This document shows, piece after piece, positions 21,524 through 29,915 of a stretch of DNA of 64,000 nt; position 1 is the first letter of the stretch; every line of letters starts with the position of its first letter. The stretch is from an uncultured Alphaproteobacteria bacterium (lineage in GTDB: Bacteria; Pseudomonadota; Alphaproteobacteria; RF32; CAG-239), in contig CALXVY010000004.1 of the NCBI GenBank assembly GCA_944392255.1, positions 6,766 to 70,765 on the forward strand, given 5' to 3'. A program made the translations under genes and the position numbers. Under the pieces are notes generated by a model that made no database searches, was not told the DNA's origin, and saw only the letters and a list, made by a program, of their open reading frames with translations.

Positions 21524-22963
21524 TTGGTAGAGGGTAAGATGATAAAAGATATGACGGTTGGAAATCCAACCGGTTTGATTATAAAATTTGCTATTCCGTT
21601 ATTGCTCGGAAATCTCTTTCAACAATTGTATAATATTTCCGATATTTTGATTCTCGGACGCATTTTGGGTGTTAATGCTTTAGCGGCAGCCGGTGCTTCT
21701 GCGCCTATATTTTTTACAATGTTACTGATTACTTTTGGTTTTACGGCCGGTTTATGCGTTATTACGGCTCAACGCTTTGGAGCTAAAGATGAAATCGGTG
21801 TACGTCGTTCTGTTACACATAGTATTGTTGCCAGTGCTGCTCTTTGCATTACGGTTACCAGCATACTTTGCATCTTTATGCATGATATTTTAAGAAATAT
21901 GAATATCCCTGAAAAAATTATGGACGATGCTTATCGTTTTATTTTTACGCTTTCTTTAGGGTTGGTTTTAATTGTTGGTTATAATCTTTTATCGGGTTTT
22001 ATTCGTGCTCTCGGCGATAGCAAAACACCACTTTATTTTCTGATTTTCTCGTCGCTTTTAAATATTTTATTGAATTTTCTTTTTATTTACGTTTTCAAAC
22101 TTGGAATTATCGGCTCTGCTTTGGGCACAAACGTTGCCATGGCTATATCGGTTTTTTGCTGCATGATTTATATCGGCAAAAAATTTCCGATTTTGAAACT
22201 GAAAAAAGAAGATTGGAAACTTAATTGGGATTTTATGAAAACGCATCTGATTGTGGCTATACCTATGTCTCTGCAGTTTTCGGTTATCGCTATCGGTTTA
22301 TTGATTATTCAAGCGGTTTGTAACTCTTTTGGCGAAAATACCATTGCCGCTTTTACCTCAGCTTTGCGCATTGAACAACTTGGAACACAACCAATTTTAG
22401 CCATTGGTTTAGCCTTGGCAACATATTCTGCTCAAAATTATGGGGCAGGACAAATTAAACGCATTCGTCAGGGTGTGGCCTCAACATCTGTCATTTCAAT
22501 CATTTTCAGCATATTCCTTGCGCTTCTGGTTCGCTTTTACGGTGAAAACTTTATTGATATTTTTTTGAAAGAAAAAAATGAAGAAATTATCAATATCGGT
22601 CATGATTATTTAAATATCAGCACCATGTTCTATGTATTTCTCGGACAAATTTTTATTTTTCGTAACGCTTTGCAAGGCATGGGACGAACTATCATCCCTC
22701 TAATTGCCAGCGTAACCGAATTGGTTATGCGCTCTTTTGCCGCAGTTTATTTAGCTCAACATATCGGCTACCTTGGTTTGTGCTATGCTAGCCCTATTGC
22801 TTGGTTCGGTGCGGCTGTCGTTGTTGCTTTGGGATACACCTATACCTTACGTCAAATAAGAAGACAACGTATGTATAATAAAGTTAAATGGCTGGGACAT
22901 AAATTAGGTTTTCTCAAAAAAGAACAGCCTGTTCAAAGAATTTCTCCCGATAATATAAAATAA
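21524..22963 (+). CDS. MATE-family efflux transporter
   Basis: 12-TM architecture and an N-terminal motif PLLLGNLFQQLYNISDILILG typical of MATE pumps. Confidence 0.85.
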   Translation: MVEGKMIKDMTVGNPTGLIIKFAIPLLLGNLFQQLYNISDILILGRILGVNALAAAGASAPIFFTMLLITFGFTAGLCVITAQRFGAKDEIGVRRSVTHSIVASAALCITVTSILCIFMHDILRNMNIPEKIMDDAYRFIFTLSLGLVLIVGYNLLSGFIRALGDSKTPLYFLIFSSLLNILLNFLFIYVFKLGIIGSALGTNVAMAISVFCCMIYIGKKFPILKLKKEDWKLNWDFMKTHLIVAIPMSLQFSVIAIGLLIIQAVCNSFGENTIAAFTSALRIEQLGTQPILAIGLALATYSAQNYGAGQIKRIRQGVASTSVISIIFSIFLALLVRFYGENFIDIFLKEKNEEIINIGHDYLNISTMFYVFLGQIFIFRNALQGMGRTIIPLIASVTELVMRSFAAVYLAQHIGYLGLCYASPIAWFGAAVVVALGYTYTLRQIRRQRMYNKVKWLGHKLGFLKKEQPVQRISPDNIK

Positions 22964-23123
22964 CGTAGTTTTCTTTTAACAAACACGACGTGCAAACGTA
23001 GGACGTTTGACAAGCTGAGCCAGCTTCAAACGCAGCGCGTTTGACCGCATCAGTTAGATAGCCGAGCTGTCCATGCCGAGAACAAACATAATTCTTGGCG
23101 GAGGGTTTGTCACTTGTTTAAGC

Positions 23124-23160
23124 AAAAAAAAGGGCGATATTTTCGCCCTTTTTATTTTTT
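23124..23160. terminator. Bidirectional rho-independent terminator
   Basis: Stem gggcga (23132-23137) / tcgccc (23143-23148) flanked by A8 and a T-run. Confidence 0.6.
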
Positions 23161-23162
23161 GT

Positions 23163-23945
23163 TTATTTATTCTCTGCTTCAAATTTGTGTTTTTCTTTTA
23201 AGAAAACAACCACACCAACAGGAATCGATAAAGCATAAATCACTGTCAAAGTTCCTAATGTTAACCATGGTTGCGTGATGATAAAGCTTGCAAACAAAGC
23301 GACAAACAACATCATCGGCATGAACATATAAGTCGGAACTTTCAATTTTTTTGTGGAAAATGTTGGAATGCGGCTGACCATTAAAAAAGCAACCACACAC
23401 AAAACCGTAGCACAAAAAGCATGTGAACGAACAAAAGTTAATTCCGGCATTTCAAAAGAAATCATAACCGGCATCATCACCAAAGCCGCTGCTGCTGGTG
23501 CTGGTACTCCAACAAAAAAGTGAGACCAATATTCCGGCTGAGGCTCTTCTTCCAGCATGGTGTTGAAACGTGCTAAACGCATTGCCATACCAATACTCAT
23601 CAACAAACAGAAAAACCATCCGAATTTTGGTAAATCAAACAATGCCCATTGATACAATAAAATTGCGGGAGCAACGCCAAAACTTACAAAATCTGATAAC
23701 GAATCCAATTCGGCACCAAATTTAGTTGAACCTTTAAGCATACGAGCAACACGACCATCCAAACCATCAAAAAAAGCGGCAATAAATACACATAAAACGG
23801 CTTTAACCCAATCTTCTTGAATGGAATAACGAATGGAAGTTACACCTGCACATAAAGCTAACATCGTTACAATATTTGGCGCAATCTTTCTGAAAGGCAA
23901 AGCCGTGAGCTTGTGCCTAATCATTATCTTATTCTTTTCTTCCAT
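23163..23945 (-). CDS. pssA: CDP-diacylglycerol--serine O-phosphatidyltransferase
   Basis: CDP-alcohol phosphotransferase motif DGLDGRVARMLKGSTKFGAELDSLSD. Multi-TM. Operon with psd. Confidence 0.9.
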   Translation of the reverse strand: MEEKNKIMIRHKLTALPFRKIAPNIVTMLALCAGVTSIRYSIQEDWVKAVLCVFIAAFFDGLDGRVARMLKGSTKFGAELDSLSDFVSFGVAPAILLYQWALFDLPKFGWFFCLLMSIGMAMRLARFNTMLEEEPQPEYWSHFFVGVPAPAAAALVMMPVMISFEMPELTFVRSHAFCATVLCVVAFLMVSRIPTFSTKKLKVPTYMFMPMMLFVALFASFIITQPWLTLGTLTVIYALSIPVGVVVFLKEKHKFEAENK

Positions 23946-24652
23946 TATCTGATTACTCCTTTAACTTGGCTTGCACCACTGGTTAAATTGGCAATAATCG
24001 TTTCACCGGCGACCATGGTTTGTCCTAAACAAACTTGCGGTTCCACACCCTCAGGCAAATAAACATCTAATCTAGAACCAAAACGAATCAAACCAAAACG
24101 CTCTCCGGCTTTGTATTCCATACCTTCAGAAGCCTCACATAAAATGCGGCGGGCAATTAAACCTGCGATTTGAACAAAACAAATATTTTTGCCGCTCTTG
24201 GTCTTCATGGCCAAAAGTTGGCGTTCATTATCTTTGCTGGCTTTATCCAAAGTTGCATTGAAGAATTTTCCCGGAACATAAACAGATTTTATAATAGTAC
24301 CTTGCGCCGGAGCTCTATTAACGTGAACATTAAATACACTCATGAAAACACTGACACGGGTGAATTTAGCATCTCCTAATCCTAATTCTTCTGGAGCTTT
24401 GACTTTGGTAATCATTTGTACGATACCATCTGCCGGAGAAACAACAACATCGTCAATCTCGGGGGTTACACGCTCAGGATCGCGGAAAAAGTAAAAACAC
24501 CATATGGTTAAAACTAAACCAATCCAGCCCAAAGGTTGCCAAATCATTGCCAGTAACGCTGTTACTGCCGCAAAGATTCCAACAAAACGCCAGCCTTCAT
24601 TGTTAATGTTGGGCAAAACATAGCGGCGCCATGAAATATCAATTGTTTTCAT
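23945..24652 (-). CDS. psd: Phosphatidylserine decarboxylase proenzyme (short type)
   Basis: Self-cleavage motif FGSRLD near the C-terminus. Translationally coupled to pssA (ATGA overlap). Confidence 0.9.
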   Translation of the reverse strand: MKTIDISWRRYVLPNINNEGWRFVGIFAAVTALLAMIWQPLGWIGLVLTIWCFYFFRDPERVTPEIDDVVVSPADGIVQMITKVKAPEELGLGDAKFTRVSVFMSVFNVHVNRAPAQGTIIKSVYVPGKFFNATLDKASKDNERQLLAMKTKSGKNICFVQIAGLIARRILCEASEGMEYKAGERFGLIRFGSRLDVYLPEGVEPQVCLGQTMVAGETIIANLTSGASQVKGVIR

Positions 24653-24823
24653 ATTATTAAATCCTTAAAAATTATTGAAAAAACTTTGCCGGGACGCTGT
24701 CTCCTGTCGCAAAGCATAAATATTTTTTACATATTTACACATTTAATCAAACATATTTTTGCAAAAGACTCAAGTTTTATGTTGCATTTATTTTTTTTTC
24801 TTTGTATAACCATCTTTGTTGAT

Positions 24824-24910
24824 GCGCTTGTGGCGGAACAGGTAGACGCTGCAGACTTAAAATCTGTTGGCCGCAAGGCCGTGCCGGTTCGATTCCGGCC
24901 TAGCGCACCA
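24824..24910 (+). tRNA. tRNA-Leu (anticodon UAA), type II with long variable arm, CCA encoded
   Basis: Hand-folded: acceptor GCGCTTG/CTAGCGC (one mismatch), D arm GCGG..AGGTAGA..CGC, anticodon stem GCAGA/TCTGT with loop CTTAAAA, variable arm GGCCGCAAGGCC, T arm GCCGG TTCGATT CCGGC, then ACCA. Confidence 0.9.
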
Positions 24911-24913
24911 TTT
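24852..24913 (+). repeat. attL: 62-bp direct repeat (3' 59 nt of tRNA-Leu plus 3 nt)
   Basis: Base-for-base identical to 46505..46566: cagacttaaaatctgttggccgcaaggccgtgccggttcgattccggcctagcgcaccattt. Confidence 0.9.
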
Positions 24914-24920
24914 TGAAAAC

Positions 24921-24960
24921 AAAGGCTTTCAGCAATTTTGCTAAAAGCCTTGTTTTTTAT
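24921..24960 (+). terminator. Hairpin terminator downstream of the reconstituted tRNA-Leu
   Basis: Stem aaggctt (24922-24928) / aagcctt (24945-24951) followed by gttttttat. Confidence 0.5.
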
Positions 24961-24984
24961 TTCAGGATATAAAATTAAAAATTT

Positions 24985-25002
24985 GTCCCACCATAGTCCC
25001 AC
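24985..25002 (+). promoter_or_regulatory. Candidate integrase arm-type site (GTCCCAC-N4-GTCCCAC)
   Basis: The 16-mer CCCACCATAGTCCCAC (24987-25002) recurs as CCCACTATAGTCCCAC at 46372-46387, just inside the opposite island end. Confidence 0.4.
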
Positions 25003-25075
25003 TTTTTTAGAGTATTTTAGGTGTCTTTGTTGTATGTTTTATGGTGATTTTAGCTTATTTGGTATGGATAATTAC

Positions 25076-25336
25076 TCAAGACAACCAATTTTTTATCAGC
25101 TTTTCTTTTATGTTTTGACTGCCTACTGCATTAATAGAGCTGTATAACACGCCCTTTTCAAATAAAAAACCAACAAACTCATCACTTAAATGTAACTTAG
25201 CTCTGATTTCTTTATGTTCTGCTTCTTCTGCGTTCCAAGCATAAAGAGTCTCACCATCAGTTAAAATACGAATTAGCTTATGATGTTCACACAGCCTCTT
25301 AAATTGTTCCTTGTTAAGTATTTGATAGTTATTCAT
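25076..25336 (-). CDS. Hypothetical protein (last gene of the WYL-led operon)
   Basis: 86-aa ORF co-directional with the upstream genes. No family recognised. Confidence 0.4.
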   Translation of the reverse strand: MNNYQILNKEQFKRLCEHHKLIRILTDGETLYAWNAEEAEHKEIRAKLHLSDEFVGFLFEKGVLYSSINAVGSQNIKEKLIKNWLS

Positions 25337-25366
25337 AGTTTTATCGGTTTTTGTTTGTATTATTTA

Positions 25367-26380
25367 TTACCATTCTTTTGTTTTTAGTAATTCGGCAATT
25401 TCTGCGGTTGAAGGAAGCTTGGTCTTATTTTCAAATTCCAAAATTTTCTGTAAATTAAAAATTCTTTTACCCTGAGGGGCACGAGGCGTCGTTTTTCGAT
25501 AAGATGTTTCATAAAATTGATCTACAAAAAAGAAACGATGCGGACATCTCGTCAAATCATAGTCATATTGAGAAGCTTCTTGGAATGCTTTTTTTGCATT
25601 TTCTTTCATATCTTTTGACAGCGTTCCATCTATCGCACTAAATTCCAATTTGTCTATGTCGTTATTTTTGGCGGTTACCTCAGCGGTTGCTATAATTTCA
25701 CCAATATTGCGAACGGCTTTTTGTTTATATAACCCCAGATACTTGCATTTTTGATACCCCCATGAAGCCGGACAATAATATAAATTTAGTGCTTTGTTTG
25801 TTTCATATGTTGTTCCGCATAAACGTACATCTAATTTCTTGTCCATATCGCTGATAAGACCGCCTTCATAACAATAATTTTCATAGTCTTCCACTATATT
25901 CGAAAAATCATCATTAGAATCAATAATGTTTTTAATAAAACCAATGAGTTTCTCAAAAGTTAAATGAATATGTTTTACATTAGGATTTTTAGTTTTAATC
26001 ATATTCTTGATTTCTTCTTTTTTCTTTTCTTTTAGCTCTTGCGGATCTAAGGTCAGAAGAATTTTTTCTCCATTGTTTTGAAAAGAAGATAAATGGTGTT
26101 CCAGTTGTTTGGTTCCAAAATTATTATAAAGTTTTGTTTCTATCACTATCTTAAAATTCGGTTGAAAGATGACCGCATCAGGCACACTATCTTTTGATTT
26201 TTCTTGTAATTTCATACTTAATTCAAAATTTAATGGTTCATATTCTTCTTCTAATATATTCTCTATTAAATTGTAAAATTTGGAAGAAGAATGACTATAA
26301 AGTCTTGAAAATAATAACATAGTATTTGCTGTGCTGACATTTTCTTGAGAATGATATCTTTGAAAGTAATGTATCTCCAT
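25367..26380 (-). CDS. PD-(D/E)xK nuclease-like protein with an unassigned C-terminal domain
   Basis: The motif pattern PDAVIFQ...FKIVIETK fits D...(D/E)xK. It lies tightly after the 90-aa ORF (1-nt gap), within the WYL operon. Confidence 0.5.
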   Translation of the reverse strand: MEIHYFQRYHSQENVSTANTMLLFSRLYSHSSSKFYNLIENILEEEYEPLNFELSMKLQEKSKDSVPDAVIFQPNFKIVIETKLYNNFGTKQLEHHLSSFQNNGEKILLTLDPQELKEKKKEEIKNMIKTKNPNVKHIHLTFEKLIGFIKNIIDSNDDFSNIVEDYENYCYEGGLISDMDKKLDVRLCGTTYETNKALNLYYCPASWGYQKCKYLGLYKQKAVRNIGEIIATAEVTAKNNDIDKLEFSAIDGTLSKDMKENAKKAFQEASQYDYDLTRCPHRFFFVDQFYETSYRKTTPRAPQGKRIFNLQKILEFENKTKLPSTAEIAELLKTKEW

Positions 26381-26381
26381 T

Positions 26382-26654
26382 TTATTCTCCTTTTTTATCT
26401 GATTTTAGGTCTTTTATATCAAAATTTGGATGTGTATCCCAAAAATTATTAAACTTTTCAATCGTTTTTAAAATACCTTTTCCTCTGGATATATTTTTAG
26501 CAATAACCGCTTTTTGTTCGTCTAAATTATCTACGGTTAATATGCTTAATGCATTTTCTATATTTTGTAAAACAGGAATAAAATCGCAACGAAATGCTTT
26601 GGTGAAGCGGTTTGTTACCTCGTTTCGGATTTGTTTTTCTTTATCTTCTATCAT
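26382..26654 (-). CDS. Hypothetical small protein
   Basis: 90-aa ORF abutting the WYL gene stop (26655/26654) and one nucleotide from the next gene. Confidence 0.45.
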   Translation of the reverse strand: MIEDKEKQIRNEVTNRFTKAFRCDFIPVLQNIENALSILTVDNLDEQKAVIAKNISRGKGILKTIEKFNNFWDTHPNFDIKDLKSDKKGE

Positions 26655-27614
26655 TTATTTTTCCTTATACCAATTTTCCGGTTTGATGACTTTCACATGA
26701 TTGCCCCATGTGTAGAGATGCCAATCCATTTCTAATCTGCCACCGGCTCTGAATTTAACGGTTAATGTTCCGTCCGGATTTTTAGTCATGGTTTGTGTGG
26801 GGTGAAAAATATAGTGAGATGCTTCTTCAGATACTTCTTTAACAAACAACCATTCAACCTCAATTGGCTCTTCGTGATAAGCACCAAATGATTCTTCAGC
26901 GTATTTCTGCAAGTTAAAATCAGGCGAGTTTTCAATTACACTGTTTAATATTTCTACTTCTCGAATATTGCTTAAAATAAAGTTATGAACTTCATTTCCA
27001 AAATATCCATCAGCATGATGAGCAACTAAGTAGTGATTACGCTCACCATAAAGAAAACCATAAGGGTTAAGTATATTGGTACTAATTTTACCGCTGTTCT
27101 TATTGTAATACTTAATTTTAATTTGATGACATTCCAAAATGGCTTGGCGAATCGTAGCGATAATCTTTTCATCTATCACAAGCCTTGGTCCGGGGCGACA
27201 AATAAAGCCTTCAGCTTCAAGCAAGGCTTCGGCATCGGGTTCAATTTTGCGGATTATATCTGGTTTAATGGAGGCTTTTATTTTTGCTATAACTTTATCA
27301 AGAACAAGGCTCTTTTCAACCATTTGCTTATTTCCAAACAACTCTTTAGCTGTTTCCAAAACTGATAATTCTTCAGCGGAAAAGTTTATTAAATCCTTTA
27401 ATGTTCCTTGCGGAATATACCAGCGTTTTTGATTGTTTTCGCAAATAATTTCTTCGGCTTGCGGAAATCGAGTGATAATCATGTCTCGCATACGTTCCGC
27501 CGTGCGGCGCGAAACTTGATATTTTTCAGCAATATCATTTAAGCTGACACCTTCACGGGTGGATTGCATCCAGACGGCTAAATCAAGCAAATCATATGTC
27601 TTTTCGTATGCCAT
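26655..27614 (-). CDS. WYL-domain transcriptional regulator (BrxR/CapW/PafBC-like: wHTH-WYL-WCX)
   Basis: N-terminal wHTH (VSLNDIAEKYQVSRRTAERMRDMI), a WYL/Sm-like core (IKIKYYNKNSGKISTNILNPYGFLYGERNHYLVAHH) and a C-terminal WCX-like domain. Confidence 0.85.
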   Translation of the reverse strand: MAYEKTYDLLDLAVWMQSTREGVSLNDIAEKYQVSRRTAERMRDMIITRFPQAEEIICENNQKRWYIPQGTLKDLINFSAEELSVLETAKELFGNKQMVEKSLVLDKVIAKIKASIKPDIIRKIEPDAEALLEAEGFICRPGPRLVIDEKIIATIRQAILECHQIKIKYYNKNSGKISTNILNPYGFLYGERNHYLVAHHADGYFGNEVHNFILSNIREVEILNSVIENSPDFNLQKYAEESFGAYHEEPIEVEWLFVKEVSEEASHYIFHPTQTMTKNPDGTLTVKFRAGGRLEMDWHLYTWGNHVKVIKPENWYKEK

Positions 27615-27710
27615 TTATTCTCCTTCAACAATCTTTCATAATGCAAGATTACGACAATATTTGTCATGATTGGGTTATATTATAAAAGAGAAATATGAAA
27701 GGAATTATTA

Positions 27711-28916
27711 ATGAAAATTTCAATAAAACGTGGAACTAAGGAAATTGGCGGCTCGGCTGTTGAAATAATTTCGGATAACGGGCAAAGAATTGTAGTTGAT
27801 TTAGGGCTGCCGTTAGATGCGGCCGTTAATTCGCCTGATTTATTACCTGATATTACCGGATTGACACAAAAAACTGGTGATTTGTTAGGACTGCTGATTT
27901 CCCATGCTCATCAAGATCATTATGGCTTGGGCATACATATTGACAAATCTATTCCGGTATATATGAGCAAAGAATCGTATAATATCATGAAAATTGCTCA
28001 CGAGCACAAATTGCCTAATGCTTTTGTTTTTGAAAAAACTGTTTGTTTTGACAATAAAAATACATTTCAAATCGGAGATTTTAACATTACTCCATATTTG
28101 TTTGACCATTCTGCCTATGGTGCCTATGGATTTTTAATTGAGGCTGACGGGCAAAGAGTTTTTTACAGTGGTGATTTTAGGGCCCATGGGCGCAAAAGGA
28201 AGTTATTTTATAAATTTTTGCAAAATCATCCCCAAAATATTGATGTTTTGCTTATGGAAGGTTCTTGTTTGGGACGAGAATCCTCCGAACATTATGAATA
28301 TGAACAAGATTTGGAAGTTAAGTTTTGCAACTTTTGGAAAGAAAGTTCAGGATTGGTTTTAGTTCAGGCGTCGGCACAAAATATTGACCGTATCGTTACC
28401 ATATATCGTGCGGCTAAAAAGTGTAGACGAAGGCTTGTTTTATCCGGATATGCCGGGCATATTTTATGGGGAACTAAAAATCCTAATTTACCGAACTTCA
28501 CATGGTCAGATGTTAAAAAATTTTCAACTAAGCCGCAAAAATCTCATGAAATCGGCATTGATGATATTTTAGAGAATCCTCAGAAATTTGTTATTCTGCT
28601 TGATTATCACATTAGACAAGAACTAAAAAAGCATAATGCCGTTAATGAAACAACGGCTTATGCTTATTCTATGTGGAGTGGTTATAAAGAAAAATATCAG
28701 AAATGGCTAAATTTTTTAGCTACTAAAAATGCCAAAGTTCAAGATATTCATACCTCTGGGCACGCGGATATTCCGGCTCTCAAAAAATTTGTTGCCAGCC
28801 TTAAGCCTAAGATAGTTGTTCCCATCCATACATTTTGTCCGCAAGAATTTAAGCAAATGTTTAATAATACCATTTGCTTAAACGATGGAGATATTTTTGA
28901 GCTATCCAGCAAATAA
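27711..28916 (+). CDS. MBL-fold metallo-hydrolase, beta-CASP-like nuclease
   Basis: HAHQDHYG (HxHxDH), FDHS, SGDF, LLMEGS and the C-terminal HTSGHA. Divergent from the WYL regulator. Confidence 0.8.
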   Translation: MKISIKRGTKEIGGSAVEIISDNGQRIVVDLGLPLDAAVNSPDLLPDITGLTQKTGDLLGLLISHAHQDHYGLGIHIDKSIPVYMSKESYNIMKIAHEHKLPNAFVFEKTVCFDNKNTFQIGDFNITPYLFDHSAYGAYGFLIEADGQRVFYSGDFRAHGRKRKLFYKFLQNHPQNIDVLLMEGSCLGRESSEHYEYEQDLEVKFCNFWKESSGLVLVQASAQNIDRIVTIYRAAKKCRRRLVLSGYAGHILWGTKNPNLPNFTWSDVKKFSTKPQKSHEIGIDDILENPQKFVILLDYHIRQELKKHNAVNETTAYAYSMWSGYKEKYQKWLNFLATKNAKVQDIHTSGHADIPALKKFVASLKPKIVVPIHTFCPQEFKQMFNNTICLNDGDIFELSSK

Positions 28917-29903
28917 ATCACTGTTAATTGATGTGATTTTATTTTTAGCTTCATCATAGGCAAACGTGATATATTTAAATCTTAACACATCTTGACCAAG
29001 ATGAACATCTTGAGGTTCTGATGTGATTTGATACTCACCTTTAGGAACAGCAATGCATACATTTATGGTTAGAGAATCAGGTAAATCGCTCTGATATCCA
29101 AATATTTCGTACCATTTTTTGCCTTTCTCAGGGTCTGAGCGGAGCAGTTCTCTTAAAAAGACGGCATAAGTTAAACCTTGCCCCCTAATAATGTGTGCTT
29201 GTAGTGCATTTTTTATAAAGTCTTTTTTTAGCTCTATTACACAAAGGTGGCTTTTCCCGTCTTGTTTAACTCGGGCCAAAATATCTATTCCGCCGGCACG
29301 AGCAGACTTTGACTGTCTCACTTTTTTTCCTGATGCGGACAGCACAGTTGGCATTTGAAAAGCCAATTGGCCATCGCATAATCTAACGGGTTGTATGTTG
29401 CATAATGTTTTGTCTTTAGAAATTTTCTTAGAAAATTCTTCAATTAAGGAACTTTCAAAAAGATGTTCAACTTGATTTTTTTTCTTTATATCTTGGCTGA
29501 AGTATTTTCTGAATTCGGCAGCTTCCGGTGAATTCCACTCACAAATAAGGGGCTTATTCCACCCAAAATATGTATCATTAGTCTTATCTAATTTTTTATT
29601 GGAGTATAATATTAATTTATTTTGCTTAATCTTTAAATAGGCCACACTTTGACCTTTATAGCGCAGATTAATTCCTTTACCACTGTTAATATCGCCAATA
29701 CTGGTATATAGGTTGAGATTTTTCACTTTGTGAAAACTTTTTCTAATTGTTTTTATATGATTTTCTGTTGTTTTGTCTTGAAGAGTTGTTGCATATTTTT
29801 CAAATCGGGTTTTCCAATCATCATTTTTCTGAAGCCATTTTTGGATTGTCTCAGCAATCTGTTGCAGATTAGATATGTTTCTTAAATCTATGCTGTCAGT
29901 CAT
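28902..29903 (-). CDS. Hypothetical protein with C-terminal PD-(D/E)xK nuclease-like motif
   Basis: GGIDILARV...HLCVIELKKD fits D...ExK. A GGAGA RBS sits in the 12-nt gap after the AAA+ gene. Confidence 0.5.
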   Translation of the reverse strand: MTDSIDLRNISNLQQIAETIQKWLQKNDDWKTRFEKYATTLQDKTTENHIKTIRKSFHKVKNLNLYTSIGDINSGKGINLRYKGQSVAYLKIKQNKLILYSNKKLDKTNDTYFGWNKPLICEWNSPEAAEFRKYFSQDIKKKNQVEHLFESSLIEEFSKKISKDKTLCNIQPVRLCDGQLAFQMPTVLSASGKKVRQSKSARAGGIDILARVKQDGKSHLCVIELKKDFIKNALQAHIIRGQGLTYAVFLRELLRSDPEKGKKWYEIFGYQSDLPDSLTINVCIAVPKGEYQITSEPQDVHLGQDVLRFKYITFAYDEAKNKITSINSDLFAG

Positions 29904-29915
29904 TATATATTCTCC

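Noticed and set aside
22985-23110. Whether the GC-rich intergenic segment is tmRNA, SRP (4.5S) RNA or 6S RNA
   Set aside because: I could not find the SRP domain IV motif, a tmRNA tag reading frame or tRNA-like end, or 6S-like architecture. It is kept only as an unassigned structured element.
24686-25002. ORFs 24686..24916 (+) and 24727..25002 (-) spanning the tRNA
   Set aside because: Both run straight through the tRNA-Leu gene and its terminator. They are spurious frames.
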